Shown: piece after piece, positions 22,262 through 32,325 of the stretch
Numbering within the stretch: the first letter of the stretch is position 1
How the letters are laid out: every line of letters starts with the position of its first letter
NCBI GenBank assembly: GCA_035606615.1
Contig: DATNFA010000119.1
Coordinates: forward strand, 800-64,799
Length of the DNA: 64,000 bases
DNA from: Steroidobacteraceae bacterium
GTDB lineage: Bacteria > Pseudomonadota > Gammaproteobacteria > Steroidobacterales > Steroidobacteraceae
Direction of reading: 5' to 3'
Program-made: the position numbers and the translations under genes
The notes under the pieces: generated by a model
What the model was told of the DNA's origin: nothing
The model's database searches: none
Seen by the model: the letters and a program-made list of their open reading frames with translations, nothing else

Positions 22262-23134
22262 ATGCGTCTGGTGATCGTCAGTGGTCTGTCCGGCTCGGGC
22301 AAGAGCGTGGCATTGCATATGCTCGAAGACCTGGACTACTACTGCGTCGACAATATCCCGGCGGGACTCCTGCCGATGTTCATCTCGCACACGGTGCGCT
22401 CCAACGAGCCGACCTACGGCTACACCGCAGTCGGCGTCGACGCGCGCAACCGTCCCGCCGACATCGCCTCGGTGCCGCGCTTGGTCGCGGAGCTGAAGAA
22501 GAGCGGCGTGAACTGCGAGGTGCTCTTCCTGCGCGCGGACCAGGAAGCGCTGCTCAAGCGCTACAGCGAAACGCGCCGGCGTCACCCGCTCAGCCGCGAA
22601 GGGCTCGGCCTCGCCGAGTCGCTGCGCCTGGAGCGCGAGTTGCTGGAGCCGATCGCCGACGCCGCCGACCTGATCATCGATACCACGCGCACCACCGTGC
22701 ACGAGCTGCGCGAGCTGATCCGCCAGCGCGTCGGCGGCCGCAGCGAAGGCCGCATGTCGATCCTGTTCGAATCATTCGCGTACCGGCACGGCGTGCCCGG
22801 CGACGCCGACTTCGTGTTCGACGTCAGGAGCCTGCCCAATCCGTATTGGGAACCCGGCCTCTCCGCCCTGACCGGGCGCGACCCCGCGGTCGTCGAATAT
22901 CTCGAGCGCCATCCGATCGTCGCCAAGATGTTCGCCGACATCGTCGGCTTCCTCGAGCACTGGATTCCCGAGCTGATCCGCACCAACCGCAGCTATCTGA
23001 CGATCGCGATCGGTTGCACCGGCGGTCAGCATCGCTCGGTCTACCTGGTCGAGCGGCTCGCGCAGCACTTCTCCACCAAATACGCGCAGGTCCACGCGCG
23101 TCATCAGGTCGCCGGAACGACACGAAGCGGATAG
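22262..23134 (+). CDS. rapZ: RNase adapter RapZ
   Basis: SGLSGSGKS, CVDNIP, SETRRRHPL, FDVRSLPNPYW, GCTGGQHRSV. Confidence 0.95.
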   Translation: MRLVIVSGLSGSGKSVALHMLEDLDYYCVDNIPAGLLPMFISHTVRSNEPTYGYTAVGVDARNRPADIASVPRLVAELKKSGVNCEVLFLRADQEALLKRYSETRRRHPLSREGLGLAESLRLERELLEPIADAADLIIDTTRTTVHELRELIRQRVGGRSEGRMSILFESFAYRHGVPGDADFVFDVRSLPNPYWEPGLSALTGRDPAVVEYLERHPIVAKMFADIVGFLEHWIPELIRTNRSYLTIAIGCTGGQHRSVYLVERLAQHFSTKYAQVHARHQVAGTTRSG

Positions 23135-23153
23135 GTCCCGCTACACTGCGCGG

Positions 23154-24503
23154 ATGACCGAAGCCCCGGCACTCAAGACGAGCCGACTCGCAGCGCTGCG
23201 CAGCGCGCTCGAGCAGGGCTCCATGCGCCACGGTCAGCGCATGATCAACTCGATGCATCCGGCGGAGATCGCCTCGCTGATCGAGTCGCTGCCGCCGGCC
23301 AAGCGCGAGATCGTCTGGGAGTTCGTCGACCCCGAGATCGAGGGCGACGTGCTGATCGAGCTCAACGAGGAAGTGCGCGCCGAGCTGATCGGCGGCATGG
23401 ATGCCGAGGAGCTGATCGCGGCCACCGAGGGCATGGAGGTCGACGACCTCGCCGACCTGATCGGCGACCTGCCCGAGACGCTGAACCAGCGCGTGTTGCG
23501 CTCGATGGACGCGCAGGATCGCGAACGGCTGTCCGCAGTGCTCGGCTTCGAGGAAGACAGCGCCGGCGGCCTCATGAACCTCGACGCCGTGACCGTGCGC
23601 CCCGACGTCACGCTGGAAGTCGTGATGCGCTACATGCGGATGCGCGGCGAGCTCCCGGAGCGCACCGACCGCCTGTTCGTCGTCAACCGCCACGACAAGT
23701 ACCTCGGCGGGCTCGACATCACCCGGCTACTGACCGAAGACCCGGAGCGCACCTGCGGGGAGCTCATGTCGAGCCTCGAAGGCATCGCGCCGGAGACCCC
23801 GGCGCGCGAAGTCGCCAAATTGTTCGAGGACCGCGACTTGGTTTCGGCTCCGGTCGTCAGCCGCGACGGCAAGCTGCTCGGCCGCATCACGATCGACGAC
23901 GTGGTCGACGTCATCCGCGAAGAAGCCGATCACACGGTCATGGGCATGGCGGGTCTGACCGAGGACGAGGACATGTTCGCGGGCGTGCGCACCACTGCGC
24001 GGCGCCGCGCGATCTGGCTCAGCATCAATCTCGCGACCGCGGTGTTCGCCGCCAACGTGGTCGGCCTGTTCGAAGCGACGATCGAGAAGGTGGTAGCGCT
24101 CGCCGTGCTGATGCCGATCGTCGCCAGCATGGGCGGCATCGCCGGCAGCCAGACGCTGGTGCTCATCATCCGCGGTATGGCGCTCGGGCAAATCGAGCAG
24201 TCAAACGCGCGCTGGCTGCTGGCGCGCGAGATCGCAGTGGGATTGTTGAACGGGCTGATGCTGGCGGGCCTCGTCGGCATCGCGGCGGGCCTCTATTTTC
24301 ACAAGTGGACGATCGGCGCGATCATCTTCGCCGCGCTGCTGATCAACCTGTTCGCGGCGGCCCTGGCAGGCGTCGGCGTCCCACTGATCCTGCGGCGTCT
24401 GGGCATCGACCCGGCACTCGCCGGCGGCGTAGTGCTCACGACGGTCACGGACACTGTCGGCTTCGCCTCGCTATTGGGCCTCGGCACGCTGTTCCTGACG
24501 TAG
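23154..24503 (+). CDS. mgtE: Magnesium transporter MgtE
   Basis: HPAEIA N-domain, CBS pair, MGGIAGSQT, DPALAGGVVLTTVTD. Confidence 0.95.
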   Translation: MTEAPALKTSRLAALRSALEQGSMRHGQRMINSMHPAEIASLIESLPPAKREIVWEFVDPEIEGDVLIELNEEVRAELIGGMDAEELIAATEGMEVDDLADLIGDLPETLNQRVLRSMDAQDRERLSAVLGFEEDSAGGLMNLDAVTVRPDVTLEVVMRYMRMRGELPERTDRLFVVNRHDKYLGGLDITRLLTEDPERTCGELMSSLEGIAPETPAREVAKLFEDRDLVSAPVVSRDGKLLGRITIDDVVDVIREEADHTVMGMAGLTEDEDMFAGVRTTARRRAIWLSINLATAVFAANVVGLFEATIEKVVALAVLMPIVASMGGIAGSQTLVLIIRGMALGQIEQSNARWLLAREIAVGLLNGLMLAGLVGIAAGLYFHKWTIGAIIFAALLINLFAAALAGVGVPLILRRLGIDPALAGGVVLTTVTDTVGFASLLGLGTLFLT

Positions 24504-25709
24504 CTGAAAGCGACGCATGATCTGCGTCGCGCCGGTCTTGTCGACCGTGAACCCGCCGAGGAACGCCAGCAGGTCGTCCGAGCGCTTCATCGCGTCCTGA
24601 TAGCCGAGCGCGATCAGCTCGCGCGTGTAGCTGTCCTGGAACAGCAGGTAACTCATGAGCTGGCCGCCGCCGGCGTTGAGCGCACCCATCGTGCGCAGCA
24701 GGACGCGCAGCGCGCGCGGCAGCGAGGCCGTGTGATGCCGGGCGATCTCGGAAAGATCGCGGCTCGGCATGATGACCAGGATGTCGATGCGGTTCAGCTG
24801 CACGCTGTTCTCGCCGACGCTCGCCAGCGGTCCAACGCGCTCGACGATGTGATTGATCTGCGTCAGCCGCTCCAGGTCCGCGTACAGGCCGTCCGAGAAC
24901 AGCGCGTCGAGCATGTAGCCGAAGATCTGGCCGAAGGTCGGAGTGATCGGCGGCAGCGGCGTCTGGGGTCGATTCTCGTTGCGCGTGCCGACGACCAGCA
25001 GGCGGTTCGCGCCGAGGTGGATCGCCGCGCTGAACGGATTCGCTTCGCGCATCGCGCCGTCGCCGTAGTACTCGTCGCCGAGCGAGACCGGCGGAAACAG
25101 GAACGGCACCGCCACGCTCGCCATCACGTGATCGAGCGACAGGTCCGCCGGCTCGCCGGTCCGGCGCGTGCGGCTCCACGGCTCGCAGCCCGGCTTCGAT
25201 TCGTAAAACGACACCGAGCGGCCGGTCATGTAGCCGGCCGCGGACATCGCGATCGCATCGAGATGCCCGGCCTCGATCGAGCGGCGGATGCGCGAGAAGT
25301 CGAATTGACCACGCAGCAGCTCGCGCAGCGGCGAGTTGTCGAACAGCGAGCGCGGCGGCGGCAGCAACCAGCCGCCGGACAACATCGCCAGCGCCCAGTG
25401 CAGGCCCGAGCGAAACACAGTGCCGGTATCGGCGCGGAACACCTGGCCGACCTGGAAATTGCGCCAGACCCGCTCCAGGTTGCCGACCGCGACCCGGAAA
25501 CGATCCGCATGCACCGCGATTGCAGTTGCATTCACCGCCCCGGCGGAGGTGCCGGTGACGACTGGAAATGGATTGGCCGATCGTGCCGGCAGCAGATCCG
25601 CGACGGCCCGCAGCACGCCGACCTGGTAGGCCGCCCGCGCACCGCCACCAGGCAGCACCAGCCCGACCCTGGGCGGCACAGCGGGCTGCGTTTCGCGCTC
25701 GGTGGTCAT
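24471..25709 (-). CDS. Patatin-like phospholipase
   Basis: GGGARAAY oxyanion motif, GTSAG nucleophile elbow, DGA catalytic Asp. Confidence 0.92.
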   Translation of the reverse strand: MTTERETQPAVPPRVGLVLPGGGARAAYQVGVLRAVADLLPARSANPFPVVTGTSAGAVNATAIAVHADRFRVAVGNLERVWRNFQVGQVFRADTGTVFRSGLHWALAMLSGGWLLPPPRSLFDNSPLRELLRGQFDFSRIRRSIEAGHLDAIAMSAAGYMTGRSVSFYESKPGCEPWSRTRRTGEPADLSLDHVMASVAVPFLFPPVSLGDEYYGDGAMREANPFSAAIHLGANRLLVVGTRNENRPQTPLPPITPTFGQIFGYMLDALFSDGLYADLERLTQINHIVERVGPLASVGENSVQLNRIDILVIMPSRDLSEIARHHTASLPRALRVLLRTMGALNAGGGQLMSYLLFQDSYTRELIALGYQDAMKRSDDLLAFLGGFTVDKTGATQIMRRFQLRQEQRAEAQ

Positions 25710-25825
25710 GAAGTTTTATGAAGCGTGAACTGCCGGCGGTCAGTACCGGGTCTAATCTCCCTGGATTAGTATGGCACAGCGCCTACATCGCCTTTTCAGG
25801 CGTCATTTTCTCGCATGAGGGACCC

Positions 25826-26374
25826 ATGAAACGCATACGCAGTCTCCGTTATCTGCTGCTCCCGCTGCTGCTCGCATGGCTGGTGGGCGCCGCTGCCGAC
25901 GGCACGGGACCGGCCCTGGGCGCGACCGCGCCAGACTTCAAGCTGCAGGACCAGAATGGCAAGTGGCATGAGCTGAAGGACTATCGCGGCAAGTGGGTCG
26001 CGTTGTACTTCTACCCGAAGGACCGCACGCCGGGCTGCACGACCCAGGCCTGCGAGTTCCGCGACAACATCTTTGCGTTCCGCGACGCCGGTGCACAGAT
26101 CCTCGGCGTCAGCGTCGACGACGTCGAGTCGCACAAGGGTTTCTCGGAAAAGCACGGCCTGCCGTTCCCGATCCTCGCCGACTCCACCAAGGAGGTCACG
26201 AAGAAGTACGGCGTGCTCAAGACCTACCTCGGCACGATGGAGCTGGCGAAGCGCGACACGTTCCTGATCGACCCGCAGGGCAAGATCGTCAAGCACTACC
26301 CCGACGTCGACCCGAAGGGTCACTCGCAGATCGTGCTCGCCGATATCAAAGCATTGCAGCAGAAGAAGAGTTAG
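25826..26374 (+). CDS. Peroxiredoxin, BCP/PrxQ type, with N-terminal signal peptide
   Basis: YFYPKDRTPGCTTQAC, GVSVD, RDTFLIDPQG. Start trimmed to ATG 25826. Confidence 0.9.
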   Translation: MKRIRSLRYLLLPLLLAWLVGAAADGTGPALGATAPDFKLQDQNGKWHELKDYRGKWVALYFYPKDRTPGCTTQACEFRDNIFAFRDAGAQILGVSVDDVESHKGFSEKHGLPFPILADSTKEVTKKYGVLKTYLGTMELAKRDTFLIDPQGKIVKHYPDVDPKGHSQIVLADIKALQQKKS

Positions 26375-26383
26375 TGACCTGAG

Positions 26384-26401
26384 GTCGGGCTTCAGCCCGA
26401 C
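26384..26401. repeat. REP-like palindrome GTCGGGCT-TC-AGCCCGAC
   Basis: Perfect 8-bp stem between convergent genes; same family as four other loci in the window. Confidence 0.75.
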
Positions 26402-26404
26402 TCC

Positions 26405-27580
26405 TCAGTGCAAGGCCTTGATCGCCTGATCGAGGCCACCCAGCGTGAGCGGAAACATCCGGTGTTCCAGCAGCTCGCGCGTGATCTGTACCGAGGGCGT
26501 GTATTCCCAGCGCTGCTGCGGCTCGGGATTCAGCCACACGTGATGCGGCCACGTCTTCGCCAGCCGCTGCATCCATAGCGCGCCCGGCTCCTCGTTCCAG
26601 TGCTCGATGCTGCCGCCCGGCTGCACGATCTCGTACGGGCTCATGGTCGCGTCGCCGACGAAGATCAGCTTGTAGTCGTGGCCGTAGGTGCGCATGACTT
26701 CCAGCGTCGGAATCTTCTCGACGTGCCGGCGCCGGTTGTCCTTCCACAGGCTCTCGTACACGAAGTTGTGGAAGTAGAAGTATTCGAGATGCTTGAACTC
26801 GCTGCGCGCGGCGGAGAACAACTCCTCGCAGACGCGCACGTGATCGTCCATCGAGCCGCCGACGTCGAGAAACAGCAGCACCTTGATTGCGTTGTGCCGC
26901 TCGGGCACGAACTTCAGATCGAGCAGCCCGGCATTGCGCGCGGTCGAGTCGATGGTGCCGTCCAGGTCGAGCTGGTCGGCTGCGCCCTCGCGCGCGAAAC
27001 GCCGCAGCTTGCGCAGCGCGATCTTGATGTTGCGCGTGCCGAGCTCGATCTGATCGTCGAGGTTGCGGAAGTCGCGGCGATCCCACACCTTCACCGCGCG
27101 GCGGTTGCGGGACTCGTCCTGGCCGATGCGGATGCCTTCGGGGTTGTAGCCGTAGGCGCCGAAGGGCGAGGTGCCCGCGGTGCCGATCCATTTGCTGCCG
27201 CCCTGGTGCCGCTTCTGCTGCTCTTCCAGCCGCTTCTTCAGCGTCTCGATCAGCTTGTCCCAGCCGCCGAGCGCCTCGATCTTCGCTTTCTCTTCCTCGG
27301 AAAGCGTCTTCTCCGCCATGCGCTGCAGCCATTCGTGCGGAATGCGCGCGAGCAGCGCCTCGAACAACTCCTCCGCACCCTTGAAGTGCGCGGCGAAGGC
27401 GCGGTCGAAGCGATCGAAATGCCGCTCGTCCTTGACCATGCAGGCACGCGACAGGAAATAGAAATCCTCGGCGCTCGACTGCGCGAGATGCGCCTCGAGC
27501 GCTTCGAGCAGCGTCAGAAATTCCGTGATCGAGACCGGTACGCCGGCCTCGCGCAGCTTGAAGAAGAACGGGATGAGCAT
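26405..27580 (-). CDS. VWA-domain protein (CoxE-like partner of MoxR ATPase)
   Basis: KWIGTAGTSPFG, LFLDVGGSM MIDAS-like motif, FVGDATMSPYE. Confidence 0.88.
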   Translation of the reverse strand: MLIPFFFKLREAGVPVSITEFLTLLEALEAHLAQSSAEDFYFLSRACMVKDERHFDRFDRAFAAHFKGAEELFEALLARIPHEWLQRMAEKTLSEEEKAKIEALGGWDKLIETLKKRLEEQQKRHQGGSKWIGTAGTSPFGAYGYNPEGIRIGQDESRNRRAVKVWDRRDFRNLDDQIELGTRNIKIALRKLRRFAREGAADQLDLDGTIDSTARNAGLLDLKFVPERHNAIKVLLFLDVGGSMDDHVRVCEELFSAARSEFKHLEYFYFHNFVYESLWKDNRRRHVEKIPTLEVMRTYGHDYKLIFVGDATMSPYEIVQPGGSIEHWNEEPGALWMQRLAKTWPHHVWLNPEPQQRWEYTPSVQITRELLEHRMFPLTLGGLDQAIKALH

Positions 27581-27596
27581 GCGCCGCGCCCGCCGC

Positions 27597-28451
27597 TCAA
27601 CGCCCCTGCTGCCGGCGGTGCAGGAACACGAGCTGCTCGAACAGGTGCACGTCCTGCTCGTTCTTCAGCAGCGCGCCGTACAGCGGCGGAATGGCTTTCT
27701 TGGGATCCTGGTCGCGCAGCACTTCCGGCGGAATGTCCTCGGCGAGCAGCAGCTTGATCCAGTCGAGCAGCTCGGACGTCGACGGTTTCTTCTTCAGGCC
27801 CGGCATCTCGCGCACTTTGAAGAAGCTCGTCAGCGCCTCGGCGAGCAGCTCCTTCTTCAGGTTCGGGAAGTGCACGCCGACGATGCGCTCCATCGTCGCG
27901 GTGTCGGGGAAACGGATGTAGTGGAAGAAGCAGCGGCGCAGGAACGCGTCCGGCAATTCCTTCTCGTTGTTGCTGGTGATGACGATGATCGGCCGGTGCG
28001 TCGCCTTGATCCACTGGCGCGTCTCGTAGACGTAGAACTCCATGCGGTCGAGCTCGTGCAGCAGGTCGTTCGGGAATTCGATGTCGGCCTTGTCGATCTC
28101 GTCGACCAGCAGCACCGGCTGCACTTCGCTCTCGAACGCCTCCCACATCCGGCCCTTGATGATGTAGTTGGCGACGTCGTGCACTTTCTCCTCGCCGAGC
28201 TGCGAATCGCGCAGCCGCGACACGGCGTCGTATTCGTACAGCCCCTGCTGCGCCTTCGTCGTCGATTTGATGTGCCAGCGGTAGAGTGGCCGTTGCAGCG
28301 CGCCAGCGATCTCCTCCGCGAGCTGCGTCTTGCCGGTACCGGGCTCGCCCTTCACCAGCAGCGGGCGACCGAGCGTCACGGCTGCGTTCACGGCCATCAT
28401 CAGGTCTTCGGTGGCAACGTAGCTGTCGGTGCCGTTGAAACGTGCGGACAT
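27597..28451 (-). CDS. MoxR-family AAA+ ATPase
   Basis: KGEPGTGKT Walker A, LLVDEIDKAD Walker B, TSNNEKELPDAFLRRC. Confidence 0.93.
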   Translation of the reverse strand: MSARFNGTDSYVATEDLMMAVNAAVTLGRPLLVKGEPGTGKTQLAEEIAGALQRPLYRWHIKSTTKAQQGLYEYDAVSRLRDSQLGEEKVHDVANYIIKGRMWEAFESEVQPVLLVDEIDKADIEFPNDLLHELDRMEFYVYETRQWIKATHRPIIVITSNNEKELPDAFLRRCFFHYIRFPDTATMERIVGVHFPNLKKELLAEALTSFFKVREMPGLKKKPSTSELLDWIKLLLAEDIPPEVLRDQDPKKAIPPLYGALLKNEQDVHLFEQLVFLHRRQQGR

Positions 28452-28470
28452 GAAGTCTCCAGAGAAGCTG

Positions 28471-30882
28471 CTATTTCGAGTCTACAGCAGCCGGGCGCAG
28501 CGTCAGCGTGTGCTTCGCGGCGCCGGGCCGGAGCGGCGTCGGCTCGCCGCGCGCCCACGCCTCGTGGCCCGCACCGTAGAACGGTGAGAGCGGATGATCG
28601 ACCGGGCCGCCGGGCATCTGCAGCGAACCTTGCGCTTCGCGACCCGGCGATACGACCAGGCGCTGCGACGCGCCGAATGCGGTCCCCTGCACTCTCGGCA
28701 TCTGCGCATCGCCCGGCAGCTCCTGCGCAGGCATGTCGAGCCAGTGGCTGGCAAACGGCAACGCCGACGACAACGGATGTCTCATCTGCAGGACGTTGCC
28801 TTTGCCCCAGGTGCAGCGTCGCAGCTCTTTGCAGTCTTCCTGCAAGCTCGCGAGCGCGCGATCGAGCGAGCCGAGCAGCGCCGCCTCCCACGACTCGTAA
28901 CGCGGATCCAGCAGATGTCGGGGACGTTGCGTGACCAGTTGCCACAGCGGCCCTTCGAACTGCGCCGAAGGCGTGAACTTCGTCGACGGATAGCGTTGCC
29001 GCGCGAGCGCGGTGAGCGACTCGTAAACGTCTTTGCGAATCTGCGCTCGCGCTGCGCGCACGATGCGATAACCCGCATCGTCCACCGCCGCACGACCGGA
29101 CCAGTGCTCGATCAAGTCGCGGGCCTGCGTGCGCAGCGGATTCATCCTGACCTGGCTCGCAGAGAGCAGATCGAGCAGCAAGTCGCGCCAGCGCGTCAGG
29201 AACAATGCGCGATCGTCGAGCTGAATGTTCGTCATGTCGGCGGCAGTCGCAGTCGGCAGCGCGAACAGATCGTCGCGGATCTGCGCCGCGCGCGCGCCAA
29301 GGTCGTAACCGCCGTCGCCCATGAACGCGAGCCACGTTTCCGTGTCGAGGGTGCGTGCATTGGCCGTCCACAATCGGCCCGACGCCGGATCGATGACGCG
29401 CGGATATTCCTCGGGTGTGCGCCAACCGGTCCAGCCACCGCCCGGCTCGCGCCAGGAATGCGGCAACGTCGAGTCGTAGCTCGCACGCACTGGCACCTGC
29501 CCCATCAGCGACCAGCCGATATGGCCGTCCGCGTCCGCCACCATCAGGTTCTGCACCGGGCCGCCGGCGCGATTCGCCACGCGCAAAGCGTCTTCGACGT
29601 TCTTCGCCGTCTCCAGGTCGAACATGCGCAGGTTGGTGGCGCTCGGATCGTGCGCGGTCCAGCGCAGCGCGAGCGGCCGACCGGCGGAGTCGTTGTCGAT
29701 GATCGGGCCCCAGCGTGTGCTCTGCACGACGAGGTAGTCCTTGCCGCCGCCGCGGATCGCGATCGTCTCGTCGCGATTCTTGAACGGCTCCGAGCCGCTG
29801 TCCGTCAGGTATTTCTCGGGATTTTCCGGGTCCGGCTCGACGATGACGATGTCGGAGAAGTCGCCGTAGCTGTTCGTATAGCCCCATGCGACATGACCGT
29901 TGCTGCCGGCGACCAGCATCGGCAGACCCGGCAATGTCACGCCGACGAGATCGCGCGGCGGCTCGGCTCCGGACTCGACCAGCAAGCGAGCGCGATACCA
30001 GATGTGCGGCAGTCGCAAAGTCAAATGCATATCGCTGGCGAGCAGCGCAGCGCTGTCCTTGGTGCGCGCACCTGCAACTGCCCAGCCGTTGCTGCCAACG
30101 AACGGTTCGTCCTCCATGGCGCCTGGCGACGGCGGCGTATTGAGCGCGGCAGTGCGCGCAGCGGTCGAACGCAGGGTGAAAACGTCCGCGCCAGGGATCG
30201 CCGGTGTCTGCACGCTGCTGCCCACGATCGGCGCGTCCCATTCCGTACCGAGCGGATACAGGAAGTGATAAAGCGGCCGCGGTAGCGTTTCGCTCAACTG
30301 CGCGCGGGCCAGCTCCTCGGCGCCGCTCGAGTCGTTGAGATTGAGGTACATCGAGAACGCGACCAGCACCGAGTCTTCGACGCGCCACGGCGCCGGCTCG
30401 CTTCGCAGCAGCGTGTATTCCCAGGGCCGCGCACCGGCGTGGGTCAGAGCGAGATTCACTCCGGCGGTGTACGCCTCGAGCAGGTCGCGATCGAGCGCGG
30501 GGCTGTCCTTTACGATCGCGCGCGCGATACGGCGAAAGTCATGGATGCGGTATTTCTCATCGAGCTCCAGCACCGGCTTGCCGAGCAGCTCGGCGAGCTC
30601 GCCCGCAGCGGCGCGGCGCATGAGATCCATCTGGAAGAAGCGATCCTGACCATGCGCATAGCCGGTCGCGAACGCCAGGTCGCGGCGCGAGGTCGCGCGA
30701 ATCGTCGGCGTGCCCTGCTCGTCGCGTACGATGGTCGCACCGGCCTTGAGAGTCGGAGCAGCAACTTCGCCGTCGATCTGCGGGAGGCTCGCGCGCAACG
30801 TCAGGTAGGCCGCAAGAGCGGCGACTACCGCAAGGGTGGCAATCGCAAGCGCTGTGTAGCTGGCGATTCTGAGCGGACGCAT
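28471..30882 (-). CDS. Penicillin acylase family Ntn-hydrolase (S45)
   Basis: GYAHGQDRFFQMDLMRR, GSNGWAV with Ser nucleophile, WTANAR, PGGPVDHPLSPFY; N-terminal membrane anchor. Confidence 0.92.
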   Translation of the reverse strand: MRPLRIASYTALAIATLAVVAALAAYLTLRASLPQIDGEVAAPTLKAGATIVRDEQGTPTIRATSRRDLAFATGYAHGQDRFFQMDLMRRAAAGELAELLGKPVLELDEKYRIHDFRRIARAIVKDSPALDRDLLEAYTAGVNLALTHAGARPWEYTLLRSEPAPWRVEDSVLVAFSMYLNLNDSSGAEELARAQLSETLPRPLYHFLYPLGTEWDAPIVGSSVQTPAIPGADVFTLRSTAARTAALNTPPSPGAMEDEPFVGSNGWAVAGARTKDSAALLASDMHLTLRLPHIWYRARLLVESGAEPPRDLVGVTLPGLPMLVAGSNGHVAWGYTNSYGDFSDIVIVEPDPENPEKYLTDSGSEPFKNRDETIAIRGGGKDYLVVQSTRWGPIIDNDSAGRPLALRWTAHDPSATNLRMFDLETAKNVEDALRVANRAGGPVQNLMVADADGHIGWSLMGQVPVRASYDSTLPHSWREPGGGWTGWRTPEEYPRVIDPASGRLWTANARTLDTETWLAFMGDGGYDLGARAAQIRDDLFALPTATAADMTNIQLDDRALFLTRWRDLLLDLLSASQVRMNPLRTQARDLIEHWSGRAAVDDAGYRIVRAARAQIRKDVYESLTALARQRYPSTKFTPSAQFEGPLWQLVTQRPRHLLDPRYESWEAALLGSLDRALASLQEDCKELRRCTWGKGNVLQMRHPLSSALPFASHWLDMPAQELPGDAQMPRVQGTAFGASQRLVVSPGREAQGSLQMPGGPVDHPLSPFYGAGHEAWARGEPTPLRPGAAKHTLTLRPAAVDSK

Positions 30883-30892
30883 GCGCGGCCTG

Positions 30893-32323
30893 TCAGGCCC
30901 GCACTTCGAGGATCTTCATCGCGTTGGTCTTACCGGACACGCCCGTCAGCTCCCCTTTCGTGAGGATGATGCGGTCGCCCGGGTCGACCATCTTGGTGCG
31001 CAGCATGAGCTTGAAGATGTCCGCGTACAGCGCCTGCGCGTTGGTGTGCGTGATGTCGAAAGTCACCGGGTAGACGCCTCGATACAGCATGACCCGGCGC
31101 CGCGTCACTTCGTGGCGCGTGAATGCGTAGATGGGAATGTCCGAGCGGATGCGCGACATCCACAGCGGCGTCGAGCCCGACTCGGTCAGCGCGACGATCG
31201 CCCGCACCTTGAGATGATTCGCGGTGTACATCACCGCCATCGCGATCGCCTCGTCGGTCTTCTCGAATACGCCATGCTCGGCGCGGTGGCGCACTGGCGA
31301 GTGCGACGACTCGTACTTCTCGGCGCCGAGGATCACCTGCGACATCGCTTCGACGGCTTTGACCGGATACTTGCCGACCGCGCTCTCGCCCGACAGCATG
31401 ACCGCGTCCGTGCCGTCCATCACCGCGTTCGCGACGTCGGAAACCTCCGCGCGCGTCGGCAACGGATTGTGGATCATCGACTCCATCATCTGCGTCGCCG
31501 TGATCACGACGCGATTGCGCTTGCGGGTCGCCGCGATGATGTGCTTTTGCAGCCCCGTCAGCTCGGCGTATCCGACTTCGACGCCCAGGTCGCCGCGCGC
31601 GACCATGACTGCATCGCTCGCCTGGATGATGCGATCCAGATTCACCAGCGCTTCGCTGCGCTCGATCTTCGCCACCAGGTAGCCGTGCCCGCCTTCCTTG
31701 CGCAGCAGCTCGCGCGCCTCGTCCATGTCTGAGCCGTCGCGCGCGAACGAGACCGCGAGATAGTCGACGCCAAGCTGCGCCGCGAGCTTGATGTCGGTGC
31801 GATCCTTGTCGGTCAGGGCACCGGCCGACAAGCCGCCGCCCTGCTTGTTGATCCCTTTGTTATCCGACAACTCGCCGCCGATCACGACGCGCGTGTCGAT
31901 GCGCGGGCCGTTTACACCCGTGATGTCCAACACGAGCTGCCCGTCATTGAGCAGCAGCGTGTCGCCGGCACGCACGTCGTTCGGCAGATTCTTGTACGCC
32001 ACACCGACTGCGGACTGCGTGCCCGAGCGCGCGTCCAGCGAACAATCCAGCGCAAACGCATCGCCTTCGTTCAGCACGACCTTGCCGTCCACGAAGCGCT
32101 CGATGCGGATCTTCGGGCCCTGCAGATCGCCGAGCACCGCGACCCATTTGCCGACCTGCTCGCCGACCGAGCGCACCATCTCGACCCGCTTGGCGTGCGC
32201 CTGCGGCTCGCCGTGCGAGAAGTTGACGCGGACGACGTCCGCGCCGGCGCGAATCATGTCCGCCAGCACCTTGGGATTGTCGGTGGCCGGGCCGAGCGTC
32301 GTGAGAATCTTCGTTCGTCGCAT
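30893..32323 (-). CDS. pyk: Pyruvate kinase
   Basis: RRTKILTTLGPA, DLQGPKIR, MVARGDLGVE, ATQMMESM, DAVMLSGE. Confidence 0.97.
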   Translation of the reverse strand: MRRTKILTTLGPATDNPKVLADMIRAGADVVRVNFSHGEPQAHAKRVEMVRSVGEQVGKWVAVLGDLQGPKIRIERFVDGKVVLNEGDAFALDCSLDARSGTQSAVGVAYKNLPNDVRAGDTLLLNDGQLVLDITGVNGPRIDTRVVIGGELSDNKGINKQGGGLSAGALTDKDRTDIKLAAQLGVDYLAVSFARDGSDMDEARELLRKEGGHGYLVAKIERSEALVNLDRIIQASDAVMVARGDLGVEVGYAELTGLQKHIIAATRKRNRVVITATQMMESMIHNPLPTRAEVSDVANAVMDGTDAVMLSGESAVGKYPVKAVEAMSQVILGAEKYESSHSPVRHRAEHGVFEKTDEAIAMAVMYTANHLKVRAIVALTESGSTPLWMSRIRSDIPIYAFTRHEVTRRRVMLYRGVYPVTFDITHTNAQALYADIFKLMLRTKMVDPGDRIILTKGELTGVSGKTNAMKILEVRA

Positions 32324-32325
32324 CG

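Noticed and set aside
25772-25787. Sigma-54 promoter upstream of the peroxiredoxin (TGGCAC)
   Set aside because: The -24 element is perfect, but the -12 position reads CTAC rather than TTGC, lacking the essential GC.
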